Part shown: positions 1-11,800 of the stretch, one piece after another
How positions within the stretch are numbered: the stretch's first letter is position 1
How the letters are laid out: the number at the start of each line of letters is the position of its first letter
Assembly: GCA_905178155.1 (NCBI GenBank)
Contig: CAJINV010000003.1
Location: 2,681,740-2,745,739, forward strand
Direction: 5' to 3'
Source: Amoebophrya sp. A120
Lineage: Eukaryota > Protista > Dinoflagellata
Length of the DNA: 64,000 bases
Notes under the pieces: model-generated
What the model saw: the letters and a program-made list of their open reading frames with translations, nothing else
Told to the model about the DNA's origin: nothing
Databases searched by the model: none
Made by a program: the position numbers and the translations under genes

Positions 1-363
1 AAACATGCGGGGCGTGGACACAGCCACTACTCTACCTGTCTTGCTGAGCTACTTGGGTCTTCGCTAAAACGCTATGTGCGTATCACGACTTTAGACGACG
101 ACAACGACGAGATTATCAGCATGTTCTTATATTACACAACATAAAATTTGCGGCAGCCGATTGGTTTTGCGTATCAACCAAATATTGCAGACTTCGTTTT
201 CTCGTTCCTCTTCCTGCCTGATGAAGTGAAAGAAAAATGAGAGGTTTACTGCGATCATGTAGAGCCGCCAGCTCCACAGCTACAAAGCGAGGAGGGCCTG
301 TATGCATTTTATACAGAATCAGCCAGAGATAGATCATCCTTTGGATGATCGTAGGCTTCCAGT

Positions 364-469
364 GGGAAGCCGTCTTCACCGGAAGGGCATGAGCGCCCGC
401 GATGGGGCACCCCGCCGGGAAGCCGTCTTCACCGGAAGGGCATGAGCGCCCGCGATGGGGCACCCCGCC
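364..469. repeat. 53-bp perfect tandem duplication
   Basis: gggaagccgtcttcaccggaagggcatgagcgcccgcgatggggcaccccgcc at 364-416 and 417-469. Confidence 0.9.
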
Positions 470-2379
470 ACCGCCGAAGGAGCCACGCGCCGAAGCAACC
501 CCAAAGAACCCGCAGGAAGCGAAGCGACCCAGCGATGAATTTGGGGGACAACACGCCCCATCGAAAAGGCCGCGGAGCCCTGGAAGGCGGGAAAGAAACA
601 TAAGTCCAAGCCAAAAAAACACAGTGAGCACCGTAAAGCGGGATCGGAAGTTTTCCTCAGCCTGCAAGGCAGGCGATATAGCCGAAACCCGTAGCACCCC
701 CAAAACAACGCGCAATCAATGGCGCCAAAGACGCGAAATAGCGCCGACCTTGGTCGTTTTATCCGTGACCTTTCTCGCAACGTAAAACTGGCAAAGGCCA
801 GACACGCAAAGCCCTATGGGAGCTCAAAAACCTCAACGGAATACAACAAGCCCCCGGCTTTTCTTATCCCAGTCTCCCCCTCTGCAAGGGTAACGGATTG
901 GGCTCGGAGCCCGTTTACCGCCAGTGCCAAACAGCCGAGAAAGGTCAGGATAAAAACAACCAAGGTCATTGAGACTGGCCGCGAGATGAAACCAAATATA
1001 AAAAGAGCAAAAGCCCAAAATCAGCGACCGAACGGGTCACCGGCGCGGAAAATAATAAGACCAGCCCGGGTTTAATTTCAAACCCACAGCACCAGAAAAA
1101 GCAAATCAGGCTGCCGGCCCCGGGCAAGCTACCCGGTTTGAAATTGGTGTAAAAAAGCACTAATCTAAAAGCGGGAAGGGGGCAAAAGAAGCGCGCCAAA
1201 GTGCCGGCGCGAATGGCCAGGGGGAAGGCGCGGCGCGTGGTCCAAACAGACAGGGGGCGAGCGCAGGCATTGGCCGTGGGCCCACGAGGACAGCCAAGGC
1301 CACACGCCTGTGGGCCCATCGCGCCCCCGGCTTCTGCACCAGATCACGAAGCGGAAACAGGACCCGGCAAAGGAATGGGAAAAACCAAGCCCCCCACGGG
1401 GCCCTGTCTACCGTGTGCAACACATTGGGCGGCGTTGGCATAACACAAACCGGAAACCAAGCACAAACCTTGCCGAAGATCAAAAGAAACCACTGCAAGT
1501 GGCCCGCAGGCTGCGCCAAAAAGGCCTACACCCTAAAAATTCCGCCCAAAAACAAAACCCTGGGCCCCCCCGGTTTCTTGGCAACCCACACCCAAAACAC
1601 TGCGACTTTTGCGCTTTCCCCAAATTGGGTTTCCGCTGGGATTATTGTGTTAATTTGCGTTTTAAATTTTTTTTAATTTGTGGTTTAATTTTGCATTAAA
1701 ATTTGCATTAATTTATGGGAGGCGCGATTTCCCTCATGTTTCGCCTTGTTTTGAAATTAATGCAAATTTTATTGCAATTTTTATTGCATAGATTATTGCA
1801 AAAGTTATTGCAGAGGTCAGGCCGCGGGACCATGCGAAAAAAGTCGCAAGTCCTGCCGCCCCCTCTGCAAAAACCCTCGACCCCCGTTGGCTCACAAGAG
1901 CGCCGCTTCCAGCAAAGGGCCACGCGCTTGGCCGGGGCCGGCTCCCAATGTCTCGGCGGGCGACGTCCTACCCCCTGAAGCCCCGGGGGAAGAGCCGCGG
2001 CAAAATCAAGCCCCCGGGCCGAGCAACACGACCACGAAAACACCGCCCGAGAAACAACCCGACAAGGCCCGCCCCCGGCGAGAAGCCGGGGAACTTCGGC
2101 ACGGCGCAGGGCAGGGCTACACCCTCGCAATGGGCACGGAACCCAAACACGGCACCCGCGGGCCACACACCAAAAGAGCAGGGCTTCCGGGCAAAGTTTC
2201 CCCCCCCGCGGACTCCGCGCGACGCTCTTCGGGAATTCCGGCAAAGCCAACCCCTGGCCAGCCAATGCCCAAAACCAACGAGACGAAACCCGGCCCCGCT
2301 TTTACATTAATGCTGTTTTACGCTGATTTTATTGGCCCGAATTTGCCCGGGGCTGGCTGACTGAAGCAAAGCCAGAAAC

Positions 2380-2840
2380 TGTGGCCGAAATGGGTCAGGG
2401 CTTGCAGACAAACCATCCGGCCAGGGTTTCATCTTAACCCTGTGTCGCCGAACAATCTCAATAAAACATCTGGCCAGGGTTTAATCTCAACCCTGTCTCA
2501 CCAGATAAAACAAAGCCCGGAATCAGTGACCGAAACGGGTCACCGGGGCGGAAAATAACAAGTCTGGCCGGGGTATAATTCCAACCCCGTCTCACCAGAC
2601 AAAGCGAAGCCAGAATCGCTGACCGAAACGGGTCAGGGCTCGCAATAATACGTCCAGCCGGGGTATAATTTCAACCCCGTCTCACCGGACAAAATCGATA
2701 AACCATCTGGCCAGGGTCTAATCTCAACCCTGTCTCACCAGATAGAATAAAGCCCCTAATCAGTGACCGAAACGGGTCACCGGGGCGGAAAATAAAGTCT
2801 GGCCGGGGTTTAATTTCAACCCCGTCTCGCCAGACAATAA
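2380..2840. repeat. Degenerate ~120-bp satellite-like tandem repeat; diverged copy at ~1020-1100
   Basis: Recurrent blocks tggccagggtttaatctcaaccctgtctcaccaga and tgaccgaaacgggtca. Confidence 0.75.
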
Positions 2841-3077
2841 TACTCCTCACTACCATGGCAGGGGCGTGACTCCCTGGGACCTGAGAATAATAGAAATACA
2901 GACGGAAATAGAATCTCACAAGCGAAATGGCTTGCCGTCTCTTAATTGGGGGAATGTTCTCAGGTCCTGGCTACCAATGGCCGAAGGGCTGGGGTCTGTA
3001 TAAAATACCGACCGACCAGCCTCAGCCTAGACTCACAGGCTCGCTAGACTTCTACTGCCCGGTCATACATTTAACAA

Positions 3078-4472
3078 TTACGAAGAGGACGAAAAACACC
3101 ACCGCGGTGATTTTGAATCCGTGAGCAGCCCAGTAGAGCCCCAGAAGCTGCTCGATTATGGCGTTCTCAACTGTTAAACTCTCAACTGTTGCATGATTTG
3201 CCATGCAAATTTACCACCAAGAGCGCCACGATTACGCTGCTTCGCCTTCGCGTGACAAATATCTAAACAGCATCGAAATCCAGATGTGTTACGCAGAAGG
3301 CGCAATCTTCCCCCTTTCTTTTCACTTTCGCCGCTCTTGCATTACAAATTAGCGCTACAGTTGAGAATGTAACATTGGAGAACGCCATATGGATGTACTC
3401 TATGTTCTGTTTCGCGGAAAGTTTGGATTCCCCGTGCAGCCGCTCCTGGAACATGATTGGCACGTCCTGGACCGAACACCGACAGCGTGCCATGATTTCC
3501 AGCCCAATCTTGAACCCGATCGGATTAATTTGGTCGATGCCACGCTGCAGCGTGCCTTTCCGCACGCAGAAGAACCCGCTCATGGGATCTCTCGAGCTAC
3601 ACAACCCCCACGCGAGCGCTGTTGCCCCCAAACCTGTTTTTGAATGCAGTTGTCATATTACATGGGGACCAGAAGCGAAGCGGAAGTATACTGCAAAGAA
3701 GGCTTTCCTGCATCTGTATATTGCAATTGTTCCAAGTACGTAGCAGTGAGCGACAAGCGCATTACTCAAAACTTGCCGCTTGACGCTCCAATTGAATGCG
3801 ATGCCACCCTGCTTCATATAGCGGCAGCCAACTGTGAAATCAACTTTGCGGTCCAGAACCGGGGCCGCTACTGCTGGGACTGACTCTGGCTCGTGTTGCA
3901 GATCGGCGTCCATGGCTGTATGTATGAGTTGGATGTCGAGGATTGATCTTGGGTTTCCACCATCATTCGGTGTTGTTTTTTACTACATGCGGTGCACGCG
4001 GCATGTGCCCGAAACAGATACTACCTTGTAACGCGATACCAAAGTCAAACAAAAACAAAAAAAGTGCATTAGATCACGAGCAGGATATGTAGTCACAACA
4101 GTGAGGTCGTAGAAAGCAAGCCGTGACGCGGCACCAGTTGTAGTTACAGTTAGTACATAGCATCACGTCATATTTCGCTTTCTGGAAACCCAGCATGACT
4201 GCGGAAGACAAACCCCGTCCCTCTGATCGGTAACGCCTGTGAATTCGTATGGGATACTTTTTGGCCGCCAGATCCGTGACCAGTTTCTCCGTCTCCTCTG
4301 AGCCAGCCGACTCGTCGTCCACAAGCAGCAGCTCTGCCGGAAGCTCGGGGAGCTCCTTGCGCAACGTCGCGAACAATCTTTCGCACAATGGCACCACGTT
4401 CTCCACCTCGTTGTACGTCGGAATCACTACGGAAAGCCCGTTCACAACCGCAACAGAGGAAGAACTCGACAT
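3078..4472 (-). CDS. DPM1: Dolichol-phosphate mannosyltransferase-like GT2 glycosyltransferase, multi-exon, 3' end approximate
   Basis: Motifs LSVVIPTYNE, LLVDD, GRGLSSAV, MDADLQH, DPMSGFF, GFKIGLEI, FQERLHGESKL. Two GT-AG introns (~3915-4157, ~3634-3764) plus an introner at 3157-3389. Confidence 0.85.
3157..3389. mobile_element. Introner, family B (TIR TATGGCGTTCTC...), in DPM1-like gene
   Basis: ~32-bp TIR; TSD atcca/atcga on the sense strand; removal gives NIEYI-EQLLGLYW. Confidence 0.85.
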
Positions 4473-5596
4473 ATTCACGGAAGTAGTCAGTGGCTCTGCC
4501 AAGAGACGGGAAAAAGCCAAGCGAGTCCGAGTGTCCAAAATCCGCTCAATCAAAAACAACTACGCCGCACTCGGTTTCAATTGGTAGATCTTTATCGCTG
4601 ACGTGACATGGGCTCGGGCTCAATTTTTTTTGTATTGCAGGTTGCTACAGCCAAAAAGCAAAAAAAACTTACTTACAAGATCATTGATCATGGATACAGA
4701 AGACGAAGAGTGAGCGTCAAACTCTCGTATAGTGGAAACTACGCTTGATGATCGCGACTTTCGTTTCCAGATCGGCGCTGAAAGACTGAGCTGCAACGCA
4801 TATGCAAAACACGTCCCGTAGGTTAACTGAGCAAAACTGCATGTCTGATGTGGATCTCAAGTGCTGTCTGAAAGCGAGATGTCGCTGATACGGTGATCGG
4901 TGCTGGTTCGGTCTTCCTTTGCGTTTGGAAACGACTGCTTTTGAGCTTGTCTGCCAAAAAAAGTGTCTTCATCAACATTCGTAAAGTAAGCTGAAAAGAT
5001 TTGGGATGATCAGCACGTTGAAGAGATTTGCTCCAATGGAAACAACTACAGGAGCACGACGGTCCAGTGCACCGGCACGCTTGTGAGAATAACGTGTGCC
5101 ATCTCTGGTGTTGCTTTGGTTTGCCGAATCGCTCAACTTGTGTGTCATCGTTCACGGTTGTCTTGTCCATCCAGCATCGGCACTTTTCGATTCGGAACCA
5201 AAATTGCGTCAAGAACTGTTCTCCAAAAACGCACTTGTACAAAAAACGATTAAAGTCAAAGAGATAATACCGTAATGGATTGTCACTATAAGCACTTGAA
5301 CTAAAGTAGAAAAACAAAGTACGTTTGATTTTGCACGAAAGAAATAATGGCTGCTGATGTCAATACGTAAATATAAATGGTTTTTTTTCGTAGAGACCAA
5401 TTCTTGACATGACGCCAGGCCTCTTTGCCGTTCTGCGGAAAACCATGTGCCTCTGTAGCGATGCTTTTTGGACGAAACGAATCTCTTGTGAAACAGGATC
5501 ACATCTGTATTGAAGCAATCCGTATGGCTAGGTTTTAATCATTTATACAAAGTAAAATCGCGAGAGATGCCATACAGAAAATCGTACTAACTACAC

Positions 5597-8363
5597 TTAG
5601 TCGAACTTTGCACCGGCGAGCACAGCCTTTGCCTTGGTCAATCCCGCGATCTCGTTCTCGCGAGCAGCCTTACGCTCCTCGAAGGCCTTCAGAATGAAGT
5701 CGCACTTCGCGTGCAGGTCCGCGATGGTTTGGTTAATGTCGGCGAGCTCCTCCTCCTTCATGTCCAGAGTGGACTCCGACGTTTGCTTCTCCTCCTCGGC
5801 AGCGGCCTTGGACGCGGTAGCGTCGTTTAGTGCCTTCTCGCTCTCGGCCTGATATAGTATGAATTTCAATTCACAATCAGGAGTTTTTCACTGTCTAAAC
5901 GCGATACAATTGCGCACCACAGAACTTGACGGTTCTCCATTTGTCCGAGCAAAGGAAGCATGAATGATAATGTGCTCAAATTCTCAAGATAAACAAACGA
6001 CTACGTGTATCATCAATACCACTTGCTGGGCCAAGTCGGCGGACAGGGCCTCGTAATCCTTCTGTGCGACGGTCTCGTCGTGCTCCAAAGCATCGGTATC
6101 CTTGTTGATGTCTCCGGCCAACATATCCATCAATGCCATGACGGAGGCGCCCTTGCCGCCCTTGGTCTTGCGCTCACCTGCGCCCCAGGTCTCCGGCATA
6201 CCCTCCGGCAGCTGCTGCACCAACTCCGGCTTCTGCACGTGCTTCTGGATCAGGGCCTGGTTGTGTCAGTATTACGCAGGAAATTGTACTTACTTATGAC
6301 AATTTTAATTTAACGACACATGCACATCGCTCTGATCATTGCTTCATGACAAATTACGGAAAAATGCGATTGCGGGCATAAGTAAATGCACTAGTCGACA
6401 ATCAGACATAGGCATTGGATTATGCGCAAGAACACGTGGCAAACACAAACTCAGTACCTCATGGAACCCTTGCTCCAGTTCCTCCTCGGCGGTCAACTCA
6501 GCCGGCTTTTCCTTGGGAACCAGCTGCGGGTTGTAGAAGCCGTTCAGCTTGTTCTTGGCCTTCTGGATGAGGGCGACCGCCTGGTTGTTGAGGTCCACCG
6601 CGGTGATGAAGTCCGCGTTGTCCGTCTTGCGCTGCTCGGTGGCCTGCGCCATGGACTCCTTGGCGGTGGCAATGTCGGTGGTGGCCTTCTCCATGATGGC
6701 CGCCTGGGCCTCGATCACGCCGGCCAGTTCGTCGATCTTGGAGCCGAGCCCCTTGATGGCGTGCTCAGTGTCCTTCTTCTCCGCCTCGGACTCCAGGAAG
6801 GATGCGTTGCAGCTGTCGCGGGCCTTGATGTCGTCGTCCGCCTCCTTTTTCAGCAAAACCACCATGTCGTCGATCATCTTCATCACCTTGGAAAAGTCCA
6901 CGCCGGTCTTCAGCGCCTGCTTGGCGGTGAGCGCCAGCATGGCGACGGCGGGGGACTTGTCGGCGACCTTCTGCAGTTCGGCGACCGCCTTCTCGGAGGG
7001 CCCGTTGGTGCGCAAACCGGTCTGGAGCAGGGAGACCTGCGCCAACGCCTTGGTGTCCGTCTTCTTGAACAGGTCCAGGGCGTCGTCGTTGTTCAACACG
7101 CTGATGGCCTCGTTGATGGCGGCCACTTCCGCGGCGGCGTCCTCCTGACGCACCTTGAACTCGTCGCCCTTCGTGCCGCACGCCTCCTTCAGCATGGCGG
7201 CGGTTTTCATGTCGTCGCCCATCTGCTTCTCCGTGGTGGAGATCAGGTTCTTTCCCTCGACGATCTTCACGGCGACTTCGCCCTTGAGTTCCTGCTTCTT
7301 CTCGATGGCGGCGCCGGAGGCCTTGATCAACTCGGTCAGCGTGGCCTTCAGCTCGGCGAAGCTAGCCACGGCCTTCTCCTCCTCACTCAGGATGCCACCC
7401 AGAGACTCGTCGAAGTTGTCCTTCATCATCTTCAGAATTCCGACGATTTCGCCGCTGGCTGGGGCGTAGTCCTTGCCGGACTGCAGGTAGGAGGCAACCA
7501 TCTCCTGGTCCGAAACGTCCAACATGGACAGCGCAGCGCTGTTACCGTCAATCACCTGGTTTTGAAAATAGTGAATTTTGATGCACAGCATTTATTATGC
7601 ACGGCGGGTTTGACAGAACCTGGAATTCTTCTTTGGTGTCCACTTTGAGTTATTTTTTTTAAGTGTTTTAGACAGTAGAAATGCAAATGAAACACAGCGT
7701 GACTGTTCGATATCAGTACCTTGCGCAAGTAGGCAGCGGCGCCGGTTTGCAAGAAAGACTTGCCCATACCCTTTTCCAAGGCGGCAATTGCCTTGTCCAA
7801 GTCGTCTAAGGTCTTTCGCTGCTCCTTGGTGGCCTCGTCGAACTTAGTCTTTTCCTCTGTGCGCTTCTTGGTAGCGGCTTCGAGATTTGCCTTTGCGTCT
7901 GCGCGATCCTGTTGTGTGATTTTTTCAGGCTTACTTCACAAGATCAGGAATTTCAATTTGCCGATCGGGCGGTGGGTGAATAAAAATCTAGCATACAGGA
8001 GTAAAGTTTCATCAGAACAACGTCTTTGTGCTCACTTCATGGGAACGTACAACACGAATAAATACGAACCTTCTTGTGCTTCTTCAGCTCCTCCGCCAGC
8101 TGCTTTTTTTGCCCCGTGAGTCCCTCTACCTCTGCTGTGGTCTTCTTTATCAGCGCTGCTGCTTCTTTGGTTTTTGCGTCGAGGGCTCCGTCGTTTTTCT
8201 TGCAGTAACACTGGAATTTCTCAAAGGCCTTGGCTTCCTTTTCCACCTCCGTCTCGATTTCCGTGGCCATCTCCTGCAGCAGTGTCACGACGCGTCGGAT
8301 TGGGTTTGGGCCCTGTTCGGCCACAGCCAACCCGACCAGGGACGTCTGGGCCACGCGTCGCAT
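5597..8363 (-). CDS. Dinoflagellate-type large coiled-coil protein of unknown function, probably secreted
   Basis: NPIRRVVTLLQEM...FEKFQCYC, SGEIVGILKMMKDNF, DFSKVMKMIDDMVVLLKKE, LHAKCDFILKAFEERKAARENEIAGLTKAKAVLAGA; apparently only canonical introns. Confidence 0.8.
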
Positions 8364-8810
8364 CTTATTCTGTACCGCGAAAACAAGGACTACGGTGCTG
8401 CGATACCGACCCTCTTTCCTACCAAACCGTCGTGCTATTCTATCATTCGAAACGAGGTGGCAAAAGCAAAACCGAAAATCTCGACGCAAAAGACGCCTTT
8501 CGATGAGATATATTCGAGATCTCTTGGAACTACGGGGCAACGACCGCCGACGTCAAATTCGGGGAACATGAGGATCTAGATTTCACTTTTAAGAAACCAT
8601 GAAGATGAACCGGAAAACGCGAAACCTCGATCTTCGCGAACAGGGTGCCGTGTGATTTCACGTACATGCATCGTCGGCGCCTAGTCCCAGTGCATCTCCT
8701 GGGTGCTTAGGTCGTGATCGAAAGCTTATGGGTGCCTAGGTCGTGATTGTAGGCTAGAGCTTATGTGTAAGGAGAACAAGAAGCTCTTCAAAGTCGGCAT
8801 CACGTAAATT

Positions 8811-11800
8811 TCAACACAATTGTTCGTACCTACCGGGAATAGCGTACTTCACATACAAAAGGTTTGGAAGGGTAATATGCCACAGTGTACGTCCTTTTCC
8901 AGCGACTGGGAATTTGCTGGTCTGCTGCCATGCAAGCTCCTCTTCATCAATTATTCCGAAGTGCCACGAATAATCGCTAACTGAACTTTTAGCCCGTTCT
9001 TGTTGTTGCATCGCACACCATGAGAAGGCAGAGGAGCCTTGCTTAACTATTTATGAAAAAATTTCTCCTGTTCTACGGATTTCTGAGTACTTAACATCAC
9101 GAAGGTCACAATCATCAACCACACAAGTGCATTTACTGGTCTTGCATTATCATGTTGACGCGGAAAATCTAAAAAATGTGAGCAAGAAGAAAGCGTTTTT
9201 AACGCCTGTCTCGGTCTTCCCTTGCTCGCAGACTTACATCGCTATACCGGTCTTCGTGGGGGAGTGCTGCGCCCCGGTGGCAAGCACTTGGTACTTCTTC
9301 CCCTGGTGGGTTGACAGCTCGGCCGCACTATGCCCGCCGACCACCTTCTTGCAATGCGTTTTCAGCAGCGCGTCGAGGACTGTGATGTTAGATGAAGGCG
9401 GATGTTTTCTCCACAAATGCTTCCCTTTGGTTGTGGAGCCAGCACCAAAAAATGGCCCGCATGATATTCACAAACAGTAATCGAAGATCCATTGATTAGC
9501 TGCGGGTGCGCCACGAAAGTATCCAAGAATACTTATCACCATAAACGAAGTTATCGAAAAAAAATAGTACAGCCTTTCGCGAAGAAGGTGATGGCGACGC
9601 TGCCGCTGGTCGCGATCATGATCCAGAAGAACTGCCCCTCATACAGATGTATTCCGTTCAGAGGAATCAGCACCATGCTGAAGACGACGCACAGGACTGA
9701 CAGCAGCCACGCGTTTTCCGCCGAGTTTGTCGCCGGCAGATAGGGTTCCTGCATCCTCGTGGGGTGCATCTTCCCCGCGCCCGGCGCCTTCGGAATGCGC
9801 ACGACCGTGGCTTCCTCGTCTTCGAACAGCGACACTTCCTGCTGCTTGTGCCAGTGTTCTATCTCGTGTTCCCCTCCTACGTGTTGTCTATGGGAGCGAA
9901 AAGACGGGGATGAGGAGGCACTTTTAAGGCGAGCAAATACCTTTGTGGCGACCAAGCACATGCAATATCTTGCGCGAGCACCAAGTGTTCTTCAACGAAC
10001 ACTGTTGCTCACCACGGCCTAGGCACGCTATGTGGTCCTTGCCTACATGCAAATCCCATCCCGTCTTCACTGTCGTACTGGTTGCTCCCGTGATATTTGG
10101 CTTCTTCTATTGCTTGCTTGTCTTTTTGCAGGCCGGTCAGCAGCGGCTCTGTCGGCGTTCTGATAAATTGCGAACGAGAATGATAAACCAACATTGGATA
10201 GGATACTAGCTGTGCATGCATCGACCATTTCTTGTTGCTTCTACGCGAGCGTATATAAATATGCTTTGCAGAAGCAGACTCGTATATGCGAAAATGAACA
10301 TCTCCTGCGGCACAAAAATTGGATTTAGACATTATTTAGAATTCAAGTTTTAGTTTATTGTTATTCCGACTTCTATACAGTGGTGAGCCGTGTGTCGGCG
10401 TTGCTGCAGTCACGGGAGATGGAAGGGCCTTCTTCGTGTTGAACGGCCCGCTCGGCGTCCACACGGTCTTCCCGGTTCGTGGCCTCACGAACCCGCCAAA
10501 GGCGGGTACTACTACTCGGCTTCCGGCTTTTATCGGGCGCATGTGGAACAGAAAGAAAGGTATTGAGGTTGGGGAGACCCAGGTGGCAATCGCGACGGAG
10601 AAGCTCGCCCAGACACCGGCGGAAGCTAAACTAGTCATGCACCCACCGATAATACCTGATAAAATATCACTAGTACCTCGTCGGATTCAAAAATCACAAC
10701 ATAATGCTGTAGTCCGTCACGTGGCCACCTCTATACTTCAAAGCGACCCAGGAGCTGCAGGCCCAAAGCTGCAGACGTCGGGCTGCCACAGCACGACAAC
10801 TCCAGCAAATAAGCGCAGTAGAACTTAAATAAGTACCTGATGCCATGCCACCGGTCATGGAGCACAGGACGTAGCCTAGCACACCGCTGAGAGCGATGAC
10901 GAGTGCGGTGACTATCGGCCACAAAATCCGGGGGGGCACCAAGCGACTCATGGAGTGCACGTCCACGGTGAGAAAGGAGACGTACTCTTGCTTCGCCAAG
11001 TTTGGCGGCACGTTCTGGTTTGCCAGGACGTAGCCGCCGTTCACGACGCACGCGTCGTGAATCCAGTATTGCACCGCGTTACCGTTGTACGCCATGGCCA
11101 CGCCGTATGCCCTGCAAATATGTTGTCCTCTGGGTCTGGAAAACTTCAACGCCTAATGCTGGCATTACTTTCGCTTATTTCCCGCGTAAGCTGTACTAAA
11201 TGACCAACAATAGTCGCAAGTAGAACCTCTTTTGTCATACAAAAATGCAGCAGCTTCTCATCCGGGCAGCGTACCTACTAAGCTGAGATGAAAGCCAAAG
11301 GGTTCTTCCGGAAAGCAGACACAACCATATTTGCATCTGATACGACGGCGAGGAGACAGACGAAGGGCACCAGGCGTGCGAAGAACATCCACGTGTTCGG
11401 CGGCAGCCACGCGGCCACCATTTCTCCGCGCACCTCCACGACGGGCTCGCCGCCGCTGGCGGTGGGCGTCGCGGCGCCGCCGGACCCGCCCGCAACCGCC
11501 TGCAGGCTGCGGCGAATCTGGTGCCACGCCGCGTCCACGAACCCGTTCTGGTCCTATCAAGTGCAAAAGTATCGTACTCGTATGAATTGCAGGTATGCCT
11601 GACAAATCTTCTTGCTTCCTACCCAAATCTGCATTACAAATTCCAAGTTTCTTCCTGATAAAATTTGTCATGCTATTTATACTAGTACGGTACTTTTCCT
11701 TTTGCAATGCGTAGATCCTCCAACTGCGCAATCTTGTGCGCCAGAGTCGCCTTCCGCACGTCTTTTTCGAACAGCGCGTGGTTCAAACCCGGCTGCAATC

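Noticed and set aside
116-2360. Numerous overlapping ORFs
   Set aside because: GC-rich repeat DNA with no recognisable protein signature
6422-7648. Long plus-strand ORFs (also 31712-33004, 33556-34743, 35716-36966)
   Set aside because: Antisense shadows of GC3-rich minus-strand exons
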